Shown: piece after piece, positions 1 through 11,476 of the stretch
Layout: each line of letters opens with the position of its first letter
Position numbering within the stretch: position 1 is the stretch's first letter
Origin: Minutocellus sp. GHC0000111
Lineage: Eukaryota
Length of the DNA: 64,000 nucleotides
Assembly (NCBI GenBank): GCA_977018835.1
Contig: OZ361258.1
Location: 744,001-808,000 of the forward strand
Direction: 5' to 3'
Translations under genes and position numbers: made by a program
Notes under the pieces: model-generated
Seen by the model: only the letters and a program-made list of their open reading frames with translations
The model's database searches: none
Told to the model about the DNA's origin: nothing

Positions 1-1587
1 CAGCGATTGCCGCGGCAGGACTTAGGCCGGCACTGAGGAGGGCGGCCAAGGCAATTTGCTGAGGTTGGGGTTGCCCCTGGGCTTGCTGCTGCATCTGAGG
101 AAGTTGAGGAGCTGATTGAACTTGAGGCGGTCCCTGAATTGCCATTTGCTGCTGCTGCTGCTGAGGCATGCCAGGGTGGCGCAATCCATGATGCACGTGG
201 ATATGAGGGCCGGTGCCCGAAGGTGCCTGCTGAGGATAAATGTGCTGCGCATGGATCGGCACAGCCGGTGCAGGTGCGTGCCCAGGCCCATTTCCCATCG
301 ACGAGCTGGCGCTCGACGCCGACGAGGACGACGCCGTGGCAGCGTAGGGAGGAGCCCGGCTGGAGGTTGGCGGCGGCGTTGGCGGTGACGGCCTGGGCTG
401 TTGTTAAGCCTGCTGCTCCCATGTTAGCGTATGGCGGGAGAGGTATCGCCGCGTGGCCGGTCTTGACACGAAGCTTGAAACGCTCCTCGAGATAATTGAG
501 CTGTTGGTCTGCAAGGGCGATATCACCAATTGCAATCCTGAGAGAAAGAGAGGTTTAAAGAGTGGATCGAGCAGCGTTGAAAAGAAAACGGATATTCAGT
601 GTCGAATGCACGGATAATTGCATATAGATAAACGTGATACAAGCAAATCTTTTGCAGATCTACCAACTGAATTGAACTGAACTCACCTATCCTGGAAGGA
701 AAAGGTGCGCTTGCCGAGGCAGGCTGCTCCGGCGTATTTCTTGGTGATGCGCATGGGGTCACAGTTGAGCTTCTCGGCCAGATAACCGCGCAGGGTCAAG
801 CCATCCGGAAGGCGGAGTAGGCCCGCTCGAAAGTGTCGGATGACAGCGGTACTATAGGCCTCTTCCTCGGGCTGTTGTGCGGGTGGTACGATGTCGTACA
901 AGTAATATATTTATGAACAAAGAGAGGGTGAGGCGAGTTCCTGAAAATGGGTGTGGCCTGCACCAGACATAAATTTAAAAGCGCCAAGCAAAAGGAAGAA
1001 CGGAGACGGCAAGACAAAAGAATAGAAAAATAACTTACCGTCCATTTGCCCTTGCGCAGTCCAGCCTTCTTGGCCTTCTTCGCTTTCTTCGTACTACCGC
1101 CGCCGCCGCTGCTACTGCTAGCGCATTTGGTAGTATTGTCGCCCTTCGTCTCGACGCAGTCGTCGCTTCCGCTCAGGCTCGACGTCGTGGCGGCGCCCTC
1201 GCTCTGTTCGCTGCTGCTGTCCTCGTCCTCCTCGTCGTTGGAATGGTCCTCCTCCTCGTCGTCCTCGTCGTCGTTGGAGTTGTCCCCTTCCATGACGCCA
1301 CCCTTACTGTTCTTGTTGTTGTCACCTTTGAGCCGCTTCGGGGACGGTGGGGCCGAAGCGGAGGCGGAGGCGGAGACGACGGCGGCGGTCGAAACCGTCA
1401 CCAGGGATTCCGCCGCCTCCAGCTCGTCCAACCGCGACGACCGAGCATCGTCGATGGTGGAGTGATTGCGCTTCTTGATGGGACGATTGTTGCTGTTGCT
1501 GCTCCGGTTGGGAGACGGAGAGGTGGAGGCCGGGCCCTCCTGGCTTTCTTCCCTTGGCTGATTTCCCGTTTCTTCCTTCCCGAACAT
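1..1587 (-). CDS. Stramenopile Myb-like (LRKGKWT...CDPMRITKK) putative DNA-binding protein, 3 exons, 3' end runs off the window
   Basis: Exons 1587-1039, 871-687 and 537-<1, with GTAAG/CAG and GTGAG/CAG introns. Splicing joins LRKGKWT|PEEEAYSTAVIRHFRAGLL...YLAEKLNCDPMRITKKYAG...QDR|IAIGDIALADQQLNYLEERF in frame. Confidence 0.75.
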
Positions 1588-1832
1588 TTTGTTCCGCTGT
1601 CGCTCATATTTGTAGTTTCAATTGTTGCTTTGGTATGACTTCGGTGCGATAGAGATTGCTTGCGTCTGCTTGATGAAATTTACGTCCTTCGTTCGATGTT
1701 GGTTCTGTGCCTTTTGATTGCAATGTGAACCTCAAAGTGCGTTGCCTCTAATTTCGTAGTTCTCTTTCAGGTGCTGTTTTGTGCCGAAGCCTGTTCAACT
1801 TGCTGGTTGCATCGATGCGGCTACTAGTATGA

Positions 1833-2196
1833 TGACGAGGACAGGATGCGACATGCGTAATTGTGCAAAATGCATCAAAGTTGCTGTTCCTGCGATTGAA
1901 ACGAGGTCATCTTTCGTTCTTTGGGTTTCTTTTGTGGGCAAAGATCCGACACATGGGCACAAAGTTTGTGATCTGCCCCATCGCGTCATCCGAATATGCG
2001 TTGTATTGGCGATGACGCATCCTTTGCTGACGTCAAAAGTCAAAACATATGCCGGATTTTCAGAAACGTCAAATAGTCAATAGAAATTGTAGAAGCTGTC
2101 AATAATGTTGCCGTTAAGGGAAAGCGTCATGAGGAAAGTCAAGAGAATGACGTAAGGCAGGCTCTTCTTCCGTCAGATGGTTGAGGAATCGCGTCA
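1833..2196. promoter_or_regulatory. Cluster of TGACG/CGTCA bZIP-type sites in a divergent promoter
   Basis: About 9 sites in ~365 bp, including palindromic TGACGTCA at 2028-2035 and TGACGT at 2148-2153, between the divergent Myb-like and HDAC genes. Confidence 0.5.
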
Positions 2197-2600
2197 GTTG
2201 TCTGGGTGTCTTTGGCTAGAATCGAGGAAGGTCTCCTGGACAGTTGCGGAAGAATATTTCGGGGAATGGATTTCACCGACGATCTAGCCATCGAGAAGCC
2301 GAACCTTCCTGTGATGGTGATGATTGTCGATTGGTCAAAGCAGAGACGACCAAGAGGCTAGCTTGCTCCCACAATCATCGAGCTTTATTGCTATGTAGTT
2401 ACTTACTTTTCTCCTCTTCCATCTTTTTCGTTGGTCGCATTTGTCGACCGACAAACCGACCACGACCACGACTCGAGCTCTTGAGCTGTTGATTCAGTCA
2501 TTATTCCGTCGAAAAGTAGAACCCACGACTTTGCACCAAAATCTCGTTAGGGACCCCTAGATCTACGACTTATCTCAACGCACTCAACAACTATCCGGCC

Positions 2601-4445
2601 ATGGTGAGCACCCGCAGAAGCCTGGGAGCAGAGCCCCTATCACCGGGGTTGCCCTACTACAGCACGCCCAGTCGCGAACGCAACCGGCGTGACCGGCGTG
2701 AGCATGACGCCACCGGCATCCCGACCGCCCCATCGACGGCCCCGCCAGCCGTTCGCAACAATGATGGCTATCAGACACCACCAACCAACCGACCGGCTTC
2801 ATTCTCCCATGTCGCCGAAAGCAACACCAGGTCCTTTGCTCGGCAGCAGTCCCGGCTGCGCAGGTCGGCGCCGCCCAAGTCGACGACGCTGGTTTACCTG
2901 GCATACGACGACCGTACCATGCTGCACGGTGCGCCGGATGGGCGTCCCAATGATCGGAACGAATGTCCTCGTCGTGTTCAGGTCATCAAGGAACGGTTGG
3001 ACGAATTGGAGGGCGATCTGATGGCGTGTGTCGAAGAAGATGACAGCGGCGGCGGCGATGACGAGTCACGCGGTGCTGATCCTGGGACTAGACAGCGGTT
3101 CCTGCCGATCCAGTCTCGCCATGCCACGAGATCGGAGGTGGAGCTGGTCCACACGCCAGAGCACTATGACTATTTGGAGTCTGTTTCTGGCCTATCGCAC
3201 AAGGAGTTGCTAAAGAAGACGGTGGTCGAGGAGGATTCCAAGGATTTGGTGTGGAATGAGCATACCTTTGACGCTGCCCTTTTTGCTGCAGGATGTGCCA
3301 TCGAGTGTGTAGACAAGGTTACGAAGCGGGAGGGTGGATGTACCAGGGCTATTTCGGTCACGAGACCACCAGGTCATCACGCCTCTGCTGGCAGTGCCGG
3401 TGGCTTTTGTTTCCTCAACAACGTTGCACTTGCTGCTCAGTACGCCCTCTCGAATGGTTTCGCCAAACGCGTCGTCATCTTCGACCCGGATATTCATCAC
3501 GGGAATGGCACTCAAGACATTACGTATGACAACGAAAACATCTTCTTCATTAGTCTTCATCGCTACGAGGTAGATCGAGAGAATGAAAACAGCTTCTATC
3601 CAGGCACCGGGCAACCCAACGAATGTGGATCTACCAAGGCCAAAGGAATGAACCTGAACGTCGCATGGTCCGAACCAGGCATGGGCGATCCCGAATTTGC
3701 CGCTGCGCTGAGTGAGCTCGTCTTGCCCGTCATATCGGCATTTCATCCGGACTTGTTTCTCATCTCGGCCGGATTCGATGCCGCCGATGGCGACACCCTC
3801 GGCGACTGTTCTCTGACGTATCGCGGGTATTATGCCATGACGCGGAGTTTGCTCAAGACGATTGGCCACGATGTCCCCGTCGTTGCGATTTTGGAGGGTG
3901 GATACAATCTCGATGTCATTCCAGGATGCATGGAGGCCATTGCTCTGGCGTTTTTGGACGAGCCGTTCGAACCAGCTCTCAGAGACCTAGTCAAGGCTGA
4001 TTCGTTACCTCGTGAATTTTTGGAGCAGTTGTTTGGTCCTATCGACGACGATAATGACGACGAAAATGGGGAGCCCTACAATGAACTTCCGCATACCGAG
4101 GAGCAAGTTGAAAGGCGTCAAACTATGGTCCGTCGTGGGACGACATTTGGCAGGCAAGAACTACTTCGATTCTGGCGTCATACTCATCGAGAAGGCGATC
4201 TGGATGTAGATATCGAGCCTCGATCATCGATTAATGGCGCTACTTGCACTCCCCCCAGAGGAGTCAAGTTGTCAGCTATCCAAGACATCAACCTAAGCAT
4301 GCGGTATCTGCGAAATTGCCCCTTTTGGAAAGACATGTGGTCGATGAATATTGTAGACCTGCACGACATCCCGGAGAGTGCGGGTGATGGTCATGTTGAT
4401 GAAGTTTCTGCATTGGAAGAGATGGTTGGTGGCCTCAAAATCTAA
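2601..4445 (+). CDS. Histone deacetylase (class II-like)
   Basis: Motifs ECPRR, RPPGHHA, GFCFLNN, DPDIHHGNGTQ, SLHRY, YPGTG, SAGFDA and LEGGY are all intact. Confidence 0.95.
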   Translation: MVSTRRSLGAEPLSPGLPYYSTPSRERNRRDRREHDATGIPTAPSTAPPAVRNNDGYQTPPTNRPASFSHVAESNTRSFARQQSRLRRSAPPKSTTLVYLAYDDRTMLHGAPDGRPNDRNECPRRVQVIKERLDELEGDLMACVEEDDSGGGDDESRGADPGTRQRFLPIQSRHATRSEVELVHTPEHYDYLESVSGLSHKELLKKTVVEEDSKDLVWNEHTFDAALFAAGCAIECVDKVTKREGGCTRAISVTRPPGHHASAGSAGGFCFLNNVALAAQYALSNGFAKRVVIFDPDIHHGNGTQDITYDNENIFFISLHRYEVDRENENSFYPGTGQPNECGSTKAKGMNLNVAWSEPGMGDPEFAAALSELVLPVISAFHPDLFLISAGFDAADGDTLGDCSLTYRGYYAMTRSLLKTIGHDVPVVAILEGGYNLDVIPGCMEAIALAFLDEPFEPALRDLVKADSLPREFLEQLFGPIDDDNDDENGEPYNELPHTEEQVERRQTMVRRGTTFGRQELLRFWRHTHREGDLDVDIEPRSSINGATCTPPRGVKLSAIQDINLSMRYLRNCPFWKDMWSMNIVDLHDIPESAGDGHVDEVSALEEMVGGLKI

Positions 4446-4633
4446 ATAGAATTACCCTGAGAATTACTAAATTATCGTTTGCGAATTGAACAGTTATTAT
4501 TGTGCATAGCGTTTCTATGACGGTCCATGCTTTCTCAGTGAAACATCTGATGCCAAAGGAGAACACTCTTATCTTCTACTGTTCATGCGCTACCGTTAAT
4601 ATATACAAATGTTCGAACTGAAAATGTTACTGC

Positions 4634-5266
4634 TCAAAGAGGAGGGATCGTCACGCGATTGATTACATGCACGAATGCACCATCAACCCTATAATTACTC
4701 AGCCGATAAATGATGCTGGGATGAGGCCTAGAATCGTCCAAAACACGAAGCTGGCGACGTCGACGACGATTCCGTCTGATTCCTACCTCGAAGCCTGCGA
4801 CTGTGGTCGCCCTACCTGCATTGAGAAGCTGTCTCCAGCTCTGAGCTCCAGAGGCAACGTGGTACGTCAGTAGTAATTGAAGGTTTTCCTCCAATGTACC
4901 GTCGGCAATATTTTCAACCCGACCTGCAAGATACGAAACAACATCCTCCTCGTCGTAGTTGCCGGTGAACCCAAATTCCTGAGCGAGCTGGAAGAATGCT
5001 TCGTCGGTTGGCGCGAACACGGTAACATCGGACAAACCCCCACCGAGTACACCGGTCAAACCAGCAGCACGAACGAGGGCTACAAGTATGTCAAAGTCCA
5101 TGCGGTTGTTGTCGAATCCATCCCCGCTCAGCTCGATCAACAGACCTGCAATGGTGAAATCACGATAGAGACGGAGATTTTGTCGCGGCTGACCGATGCA
5201 AGAAGGGATGCGGGCGAGAAGCAACAGGAAGCAACTCACAATGTTCAACAACGATACGGAATGCAT
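4634..5266 (-). CDS. Secreted fasciclin (FAS1) domain protein
   Basis: Signal peptide MHSVSLLNIVSCFLLLLA; FAS1 motifs TVFAPTDEAF, LLTYHV and VHVINRV. Confidence 0.9.
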   Translation of the reverse strand: MHSVSLLNIVSCFLLLLARIPSCIGQPRQNLRLYRDFTIAGLLIELSGDGFDNNRMDFDILVALVRAAGLTGVLGGGLSDVTVFAPTDEAFFQLAQEFGFTGNYDEEDVVSYLAGRVENIADGTLEENLQLLLTYHVASGAQSWRQLLNAGRATTVAGFEVGIRRNRRRRRQLRVLDDSRPHPSIIYRLSNYRVDGAFVHVINRVTIPPL

Positions 5267-5630
5267 AATGCTCCAGGGCGTGCTGCTATGTTGTATTCGA
5301 TTCGATAGAGCCGATGAAAAGTAAATGCACACGTAGGAATTCTTCTTGCTGCACTTACTTGGAAGTCCTGAGAAGAAGCAAGGACCACGGGCCCCAACCA
5401 CGTCATATGTGACTCATTGGCCACTGTCCTGACGTGCTTTGGCGGGGCGGCTGCGATGAGCGGGCGAGCTTTTTGTGCACGGCGCCGGTACTACGTAGCT
5501 ACATATCTTACGTACGTAGCAGATGAAGCTACCGGTACCGCGCGGTCGGTGGTAATAAGTCTCACTGAGACTTGCAGATGTTCTGGGGGAGACGGATTCT
5601 GATACTATCAAGCTCAATTTACGGGTAGAT

Positions 5631-6803
5631 CTAATTCCCCGACAAAAAGTCCAACAGATCGGCCCTCCATTCTCTTCCGCATTCCATCGGGACTGCATGC
5701 CCAGCACTTGTTGAAAGCAACGTGACATCCCAACCCAATTCCTTTCCCAACCGTTTCACTTCTATTGGAGTTGCCATCTGATCATTTCCACCGACCACCA
5801 ATTTGCCCTTTATCCGATCTGTCTCTGCCATGCCCTCTTGCGATTGATTTATTCGCTTTGCCATGGATAAAGGTGACCATTTGTCTTTCTCCGTTTCGCC
5901 GTGAGTTTGCTGCAGCAACGCAGCAATTCCCTCCAATGTATTTTGATTTGCAATTCCATCTACCCAAGCCCCAATTCTGTCGGACCCCATAGACGCAACA
6001 AAGTCGTGTGAATATGTTGCTAATATCGTTGACCAACCAAAAGCTCTCAATGTTGCCTCCTCGCCGTTGCTACTTCTCGCTTGTTCACCTGCTTGTGATA
6101 CAATGTCCTTCCACGATGCAATGACGACCTTTGCATATTCGTCTCTTGCTGCCCCAACTCCAGTAATGTGGAGCTTTCTTATCATGTGAGGATATGCCGA
6201 TGCAGTTGCTAGTGCGATTCGTCCGCCGAGTGAGAATCCCGCAACATCTACGCATGGATCCAGAAATATTCCTTGCTCATGCGCAGCTTCCACAACACCC
6301 GCAAGTACCTCCGCTTGACATGCCAGTGTTACATTCGAGAAGTTCTGCATTTTGCGATCTCCGTTCTCTACTGATACTGGGCCTTGACCTAGACATTCGT
6401 ACACCAAAACATCTCTATCCTTGGATAGTCCTGGCACCTGATGCTCCCAACTGGCAATCGTCTGGGCCGTACCACCAATTATTACCAATGGATTGTTTGT
6501 GCCCTTGGACGACGAATTTCGGCAGGGAGCAACCAAGCACCGCCGCCCGGCAATATATTTAATCGATGGCAAATTCTGCTGAGCAGGACTGCCATGACCA
6601 CCCGAAGAGGTGGCCTTCGTGTTGGTGGTGGTGCTCACCTTGTCTTCTTGTCGTCGTCTACTTTCAGAAGGAGCCCGTATCGTGAGTGATGGAGGCGAAT
6701 GACTTGCGCATAGAAAAGCTTCGGCAGTGGCGAAGGCAGCCAGCTCCAAAAGGCAAATCATCGGTAGGAAAGGTAGCATTGTTGTTGCTGTTCCGGCCCC
6801 CAT
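5631..6803 (-). CDS. Alpha/beta hydrolase, probably plastid-targeted
   Basis: Nucleophile elbow GFSLGG, C-terminal AGHAVP, hydrophobic N-terminus ending AEA-F. The start codon is uncertain. Confidence 0.85.
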   Translation of the reverse strand: MGAGTATTMLPFLPMICLLELAAFATAEAFLCASHSPPSLTIRAPSESRRRQEDKVSTTTNTKATSSGGHGSPAQQNLPSIKYIAGRRCLVAPCRNSSSKGTNNPLVIIGGTAQTIASWEHQVPGLSKDRDVLVYECLGQGPVSVENGDRKMQNFSNVTLACQAEVLAGVVEAAHEQGIFLDPCVDVAGFSLGGRIALATASAYPHMIRKLHITGVGAARDEYAKVVIASWKDIVSQAGEQARSSNGEEATLRAFGWSTILATYSHDFVASMGSDRIGAWVDGIANQNTLEGIAALLQQTHGETEKDKWSPLSMAKRINQSQEGMAETDRIKGKLVVGGNDQMATPIEVKRLGKELGWDVTLLSTSAGHAVPMECGREWRADLLDFLSGN

Positions 6804-6903
6804 TAGGTCCACTTCCCTACTCACTATGCTTGACAATACATGTACTTCGACCTTCGACCGCATGTGGCCATTGCACTACGACGGACAGACCGCCATCTCT
6901 CGC

Positions 6904-9120
6904 TCATCGCCATCGAGCTAGTGAGCGAGGCGAGGGGCTGTTGTACCGCGGTACATGTACACAGCTTGTTAATAGATTTGCTGGTACAGTCCGAACTGTA
7001 GATACCCTGAAAGCACTGCATAGTAGATAAATTAACCAACTCCATCTAAACAAATTATAATGGCCATTGAATCCAAGCCGAAGACAGAGCCCGACAGCAT
7101 CAGGATTCCCACTCAGAAGTTGGAACAAAGTTTTCGACTCCAAATCGAATCGCTCTGAGATGCACGAAACAACATTTCTCGATACAATCTTACTCAAATC
7201 AGCTTCAGTGGCCCCTTCTGCTGCTGATATGATCAAGGCAAACCAATGAACAATAGCAAGAATGGCACCAAATAACTCATTAAAGGACTGGTCATCCAGG
7301 AATAATCCTCGTCGCATTGCGCCCAAAATGCGAGAATGGGCTGAGATGACCTCCCCATAATCCATTGTATCTTGGAATGCAACCTCCAAATGATGAAATG
7401 TTTCCACAACAATGTCTTGAAAATAGACCTGAAGATTGTTAATATAGAAATTCATCTTGGATCGAAGCTGATTAATTGCGACCATTTCACTTCTTGTAGC
7501 GATGGGTTCACGGAGTAATATGCTCCAGCATTTTTGTAGCTCAAAAGATGCTCGATGTGTGGCAAAAAGGCGGCGGAAGAAGGAATTGTACGATGTCTCT
7601 AAGACCTCATTCGAGACGATAGATTTCAGGACTGGGGGCAAACAGTACTTACAAGAGAGTACAACCATTGAGTTCACTTTGTCGATCCGTGATGCCGCTT
7701 TGGTTGAAGAAGGCAGATCGCCATCAGCCCAAGAGATCGCATTTACTGCACGATCGTGAGCTTCGGTAAGTGCAACACGCACAGTGTGTGTATGAGGTAG
7801 GTGCAAAACTTCACTTTGTGCCGTTTCTAATATTTCTCTCGCCAAATTTTGACCTGATAAATTGCACCCCAACCCTCTTTCCACCCGAATGGAAAACGAC
7901 GAAGCCTCCCAGAGCGCCGAGCTTTCGTTATTGATGCCATCACCATCCAAACGAGAACAAACGCGGCGAACAATGTGATTCTGAAACATATGTTCACCGC
8001 CTAAAAAGTTCCATTCATTTTCTTCAATGCTGCTATCAACGGCATTGTGCGCAGTGTGCTCTGCAAGAGTTCCCCAGATATCCCCAGCGTCGCATTCTCG
8101 AAGTAGCTCCGAGTAGAATAGACCGTCTCCATGCAAGAACAGTCGGCGAAGATTTCGGGCATGGTGGCACAGATGGAACTTATCACGAAGAATCTTGCAC
8201 AAACTGGAGGATGCGCCAAGATGGGCGGAATCTACTTTCCGTTCCAGTTCGAGCTTTATCGCTTTCTTCTCGCGATTAGCGGAGGTGGACCAGATAGGCG
8301 GAGGGAGCAGCAGAGCGCTACTAGAAGAAGAGCAGGCGTCACCCTCCCCAGCATTCTCGGCATCCCCATGAAGCCGGATAGTTCGCACGGCATTCCCAAC
8401 GAATAGCATGCGATTAGCAAGGGAGAAAGATATTGACGAGTATGGGATTCTTGACTCCACAATAGATACCGGCGCCGCAGCCTCGCTACCCCTGGGATCA
8501 ATAGCTCCGCCGCCCTTAACATCACGAACGAGGAAGAATTCATCCGACGGGTCGGACAGATTGCCGTGGCATAACCACCTCATGCATTGATTCCACAAGA
8601 CGGTTTGCGCGGCCTCCAAGATGACCAGCAATGATCTCTGTCCACAGTCATCTGGGCAGGCTATCATTCTCCGATCGATCTCATCAATAATGGCGCATGA
8701 TGTCTTCGAGGGCGGCGACCGCCTCTCTTCCAACCATTCCACCAACTCAGAAACAGGCTGTATCCAGCCCCAGTATCCCATTACCCGCGAGCGGATGTAT
8801 TCCAACCCCAAGCACGGATCCAGCCGAAGGTCGCGGTGAATGGATAAGAGCCGATCATCGTACCGCTGAAGCAACGTGCTGATGCACCGAGCAATGGCAC
8901 GAAGATAGATGCTATTGCTGTTACTGTTGCCAACCTGAGCTTCCCTCTCCACAAATCCACGCAGATGGGCCACATACCCCCCGCCATGATGGACGAGGGA
9001 GTCGACGGCACATGCCTCTGCGTCGCTCAAAGACGACGTTAGGAGGGATGTGCATTTGAAGGGTAGAATACATTTTGTGATGAATGGCATTGTCCTCTTG
9101 CCGAGCAGCGCAGCTATCAT
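6904..9120 (-). CDS. GCP4: Gamma-tubulin complex component (Spc97/Spc98 family, GCP4-like)
   Basis: WLCHGNLSDPSDEFF, MLFVGNAVR, LRRLFLHGDGLF, FYINNLQVYFQD and the C-terminal LCLRLGFNGHY motif. Both ends are uncertain. Confidence 0.8.
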   Translation of the reverse strand: MIAALLGKRTMPFITKCILPFKCTSLLTSSLSDAEACAVDSLVHHGGGYVAHLRGFVEREAQVGNSNSNSIYLRAIARCISTLLQRYDDRLLSIHRDLRLDPCLGLEYIRSRVMGYWGWIQPVSELVEWLEERRSPPSKTSCAIIDEIDRRMIACPDDCGQRSLLVILEAAQTVLWNQCMRWLCHGNLSDPSDEFFLVRDVKGGGAIDPRGSEAAAPVSIVESRIPYSSISFSLANRMLFVGNAVRTIRLHGDAENAGEGDACSSSSSALLLPPPIWSTSANREKKAIKLELERKVDSAHLGASSSLCKILRDKFHLCHHARNLRRLFLHGDGLFYSELLRECDAGDIWGTLAEHTAHNAVDSSIEENEWNFLGGEHMFQNHIVRRVCSRLDGDGINNESSALWEASSFSIRVERGLGCNLSGQNLAREILETAQSEVLHLPHTHTVRVALTEAHDRAVNAISWADGDLPSSTKAASRIDKVNSMVVLSCKYCLPPVLKSIVSNEVLETSYNSFFRRLFATHRASFELQKCWSILLREPIATRSEMVAINQLRSKMNFYINNLQVYFQDIVVETFHHLEVAFQDTMDYGEVISAHSRILGAMRRGLFLDDQSFNELFGAILAIVHWFALIISAAEGATEADLSKIVSRNVVSCISERFDLESKTLFQLLSGNPDAVGLCLRLGFNGHYNLFRWSWLIYLLCSAFRVSTVRTVPANLLTSCVHVPRYNSPSPRSLARWR

Positions 9121-9820
9121 AGCAGCAGTGCCAACATGCGGCCGCACTTTCTCGTCACACAAAGAACATCGACGGCGAAGGGCGTATTGCCTATGCACTG
9201 TTTGCTTGTTTCGCAAAGCGTGTTCTTTTTGTCGCAATAGTAATAGAGTGTTCGCTACTGTGCGCTCGGCCTAAAATCCGTCGCCGCTCACTGCTCACTA
9301 CCGCCGGTACTATTGCCGTAATCAGACGATAGTCGCCGCGGAGGACATTTTCCAGACACCAAAAATGACCCGGGGAAAGCGGAATCAATCGAAAGAGCAG
9401 GACACCACGAGCAGCCAAAGCACACAGCAACCGCCGGCGGGAGCGTACAAGCAAAGGCCTTTGAGAGGAAGAAAGAAGGAACCTCGAGTAGAAAAAGAAT
9501 ACACTTGGTACTATTTCAAGCCACACATGCGTCATCGGATACTCGAGTTCTCTTCTGTCACATTCTTGTCAACGGTGTGAAATTGCATACGTGTAGAACT
9601 TTTCGCTTTCGGCCTACAAGTCAATAGAATTTCGCGACAGTGATTGCGGCGTCGCGCGTTCGCCGCTGCTGCGGCGCGATGCTGGCAAGCATGCGGCCGA
9701 CTGCTCAACCCACTTTATCAAGAACACACCACACATTAGATACATGTCGAACAATCGAATCTGCGTCGTTTTTATCGATCCAACTGATCAAGGCCTCACT
9801 CAAAAACCCAACATAAGAAA

Positions 9821-10333
9821 ATGGTGTACCCCTGCGGCCCTATATCACACGAGCGCCACCCCATTGTCATCTTCGAAGAATGGGAGGCAATGGGAATGTT
9901 CGACGATATCTTCGAATCAGATCCAAGCAATACATGTGCAGACAGCATTAGCGACCACAACAGCATCATATCCTTCATTTCAACCACGCCCGACGAAGTC
10001 GCCGCCCGACAATTCGATCAATCTTTATCGACAGTATCGACGGTCTCATCCCCTCCATCATCAGTGGCGAGTCTCAACATTGCCCTGGATGATCCTTTGC
10101 CTTCGACGCCAAATGCTGGCCTGAAAGTGCAATCAACCTCGTCGTCTCAGGATGATGAGGAGAAACACCTCGAATCAGCTCCATTTAGCAAAGCCGAGGA
10201 GAGCAAGAAGGAGAAAGGACAATCCACAAGCAAAAAAACAGCAGAAGCGACACCAAACTCTCATACCGATGTGCATGAAAGAAGCAAGGAAATCAAGAAG
10301 CGACGTGTCTCCTATGTAAGCAAGGCAGCTTGA
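9821..10333 (+). CDS. Orphan small protein, family A copy 1 (MVYPxGP...RVSYVSKAA)
   Basis: Shares N- and C-terminal blocks with paralog 13927-14187, with synonymous divergence, which supports coding status. Confidence 0.75.
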   Translation: MVYPCGPISHERHPIVIFEEWEAMGMFDDIFESDPSNTCADSISDHNSIISFISTTPDEVAARQFDQSLSTVSTVSSPPSSVASLNIALDDPLPSTPNAGLKVQSTSSSQDDEEKHLESAPFSKAEESKKEKGQSTSKKTAEATPNSHTDVHERSKEIKKRRVSYVSKAA

Positions 10334-10786
10334 CTTCATGCGCATACCTAATGAATATGCAAACGTTAGACACTCTTACGCGATACCCTCCTATTGAAAC
10401 CTATAATAGGGATCTTAAAGTTGTGAATACTGTTGATAAGGTATTGAAGTAGACTTTAGCTAGTGGCACTAGCTACTAGGAAGTAGAAGTATGTATTCAG
10501 CATGTCATGCATGTAGTGGACACACCATAAAAATATAGAGAATTAGTTCATATTGCTTCAAGCACCACTCTCTACCAACTAGCTACGTAGCTAGTAGAGC
10601 TCTTCTTCTAATTTACATAATTACTGGCTACCTCGTAGATAGCGCCCATCATCAAGAAAAAAGGAAGCACTCTACATTGTATATAGTAGTTTGCTGATTT
10701 GTAATGTTCTATTATCACAAGAAAATATTGCGTAGCTAAATAAATGTACAGGACTGTACCTATTGCCTTTTCTCTTACTACGAAGT

Positions 10787-10826
10787 GTATGTATGTATGT
10801 ATGTATGTATGTATGTATATATATGT
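10787..10826. repeat. (TATG)n microsatellite
   Basis: Direct tetranucleotide repeat just downstream of the 10835 stop codon. Confidence 0.9.
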
Positions 10827-10834
10827 ACGCAATG

Positions 10835-11476
10835 TCATGCCGCCTTTGTTGCGACAATATTTTGCCCCCAAGCGCTGAGACGACGTCGGCCCCTCCTCTT
10901 TTTCTTCGCCTCTTCCTTTTGCTTTTCTCTCCAGTCAGGGTCATATTGAATTAGACCATCAATCTCGACGAAGCGACCGTCGAAGAACGGGTGAGTTTCT
11001 TTGGACAGTCCGCCATATTTGCTGTCGTTATCCCTGGTTCGTAGATTGGAGTGGTCCTTGAGATCTTCTGATATTTCTTCGTAGAAGTAGCTTGAGGAGT
11101 GATCACTTTCTTCACGACTAAAGCTTTTGTCTCGGGGTGTCAGGGAGTTTCCTTCTTGATGCACACTGCATTTGGGATCAGTAACATTTGCGGTATCGGT
11201 ACAGTCAATTTCGTCTTGTAGATGCCACGATTCTGATACATTTTTGAAGAAGAGCTGGATTTTGTGAATGCTCAATCCTTCTTCTTTCTTGAGTGGATGG
11301 TCCTGATTTGGTATGGCTGCTTGTCGGGATAGCATCTCGAGCGATCCTGGTGTGTAGGGCGAAGATTGTTGTTGATGCAAAGAAAATAAGCGTCGCATCG
11401 ATGCCGTTGGAGAATTCGTTGCTGCACATGTATTGATTTGGCGGTCGCAAGTGCTGTCGTGGGTGAGAGTGGTCAT
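10835..11476 (-). CDS. Orphan protein, family B copy 1 (...HPFFDGRFVEIDGLIQYDPDW...ATKAA)
   Basis: Paralog of 12602-13261, with conserved blocks IHKIQLFFKN, EEISEDLKDHS and HPFFDGRFVEIDGLIQYDPDWREKQK. Confidence 0.8.
   Translation of the reverse strand: MTTLTHDSTCDRQINTCAATNSPTASMRRLFSLHQQQSSPYTPGSLEMLSRQAAIPNQDHPLKKEEGLSIHKIQLFFKNVSESWHLQDEIDCTDTANVTDPKCSVHQEGNSLTPRDKSFSREESDHSSSYFYEEISEDLKDHSNLRTRDNDSKYGGLSKETHPFFDGRFVEIDGLIQYDPDWREKQKEEAKKKRRGRRRLSAWGQNIVATKAA

Noticed and set aside
6904..7060. Novel C-terminal extension of GCP4
   Set aside because: The sequence after the terminal LRLGFNGHY motif looks like read-through into UTR/promoter DNA and cannot be supported without transcripts.
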